From Cystobasidiomycetes sp. EMM_F5 (Eukaryota): DNA of 64,000 nucleotides. The position numbers were made by a program, and so were the translations under genes. The first letter of the stretch is position 1. The number at the start of each line of letters is the position of its first letter. The DNA is taken from NCBI GenBank assembly GCA_051047955.1, contig JBPGPT010000002.1:992001-1056000 (forward strand), read 5' to 3'. Below, in pieces: positions 63,606 to 64,000 of this stretch. The notes under the pieces are model-generated. The model did no database searches and had not been told where the DNA came from. It worked only from the letters and a program-made list of their open reading frames with translations.

Positions 63606-64000
63606 ATGGCTAGCGATTACCGGATACTGGTCGTTGGGGACTGTCATGTCGGAAAATCATCTCTGATAACATCCTTTCTCCGCGAATCAGACGCTGACGG
63701 GCTCAAAGCTGGACCATCCCATACCGTGCAGCCCGTCGTCAGTGTGCCCGGACTCGGGAGAACTACGCTATACGTGGTAGACACGCAGTGTAGGTCAGGA
63801 ATGGCTGCGTTAGTCAGCCGTGCTGATATTGAGCACAATGACAGGCAGAGAGTGCTTCCAGGACGATAATGCATACGGACACTATCAACGCCAGCTCGCG
63901 AATGAGCTTGATCGGGCAGACGCTGCAGTCGTGGTCATCGCGGCGAACGACGAAGCCAGCATAGACGGTGTCCGCACGAGATGGCTGCCTTGGATCAGGT
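63606..64000 (+). CDS. Miro/Gem1-like P-loop GTPase, N-terminal part (runs off the window)
   Basis: RILVVGDCHVGKSSLITSF, LYVVDT, EL.RADA.VVV, S.D.V..RWLP.IR resemble the first GTPase domain of Miro, but divergent. Confidence 0.6.

Noticed and set aside
1..64000. Many short antisense or overlapping ORFs in the track; transposons; CRISPR arrays
   Set aside because: The short ORFs are shadows of real exons or intron read-through. No transposase, reverse transcriptase, LTR or repeat-spacer array was seen, and the DNA is eukaryotic.

Overview
Gene-dense fungal nuclear DNA with many short (about 45-70 nt) GT-AG introns and CTRAY branch points. The protein families and intron style suggest a basidiomycete yeast, probably Pucciniomycotina (inference). 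About 30 protein-coding genes can be reconstructed. They include two tandem paralogous secreted Cys-rich PriA/CPL1-like proteins, RCM1/NSUN5, a RecQ/SGS1 helicase, a head-to-head GAL7-GAL1 pair, COX10, an esterase, an EBP-like protein, KRE33/NAT10, NUP188, YAR1, a PDI, URA3, a multi-START protein, ADI1, a catechol/beta-ketoadipate cluster, CAP1, a CASTOR-ACT protein and a partial Miro-like GTPase. There is also a conventional tRNA-Ser(CGA). The standout observation is a minus-strand tRNA-Leu(AAG) gene at 41432-41711 split into five exons. It has the usual 37/38 tRNA intron plus three spliceosomal-type GT-AG introns (D-loop, D-stem, T-arm), and removing all four gives a complete 80-nt cloverleaf. 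The second is an intron-dependent fusion of an enol-lactonase-like hydrolase with a Trichosporon-type muconate cycloisomerase, next to an intradiol dioxygenase and a SnoaL/NTF2-like gene. All gene models were assembled by eye and family names come from remembered motifs; no database search was run.
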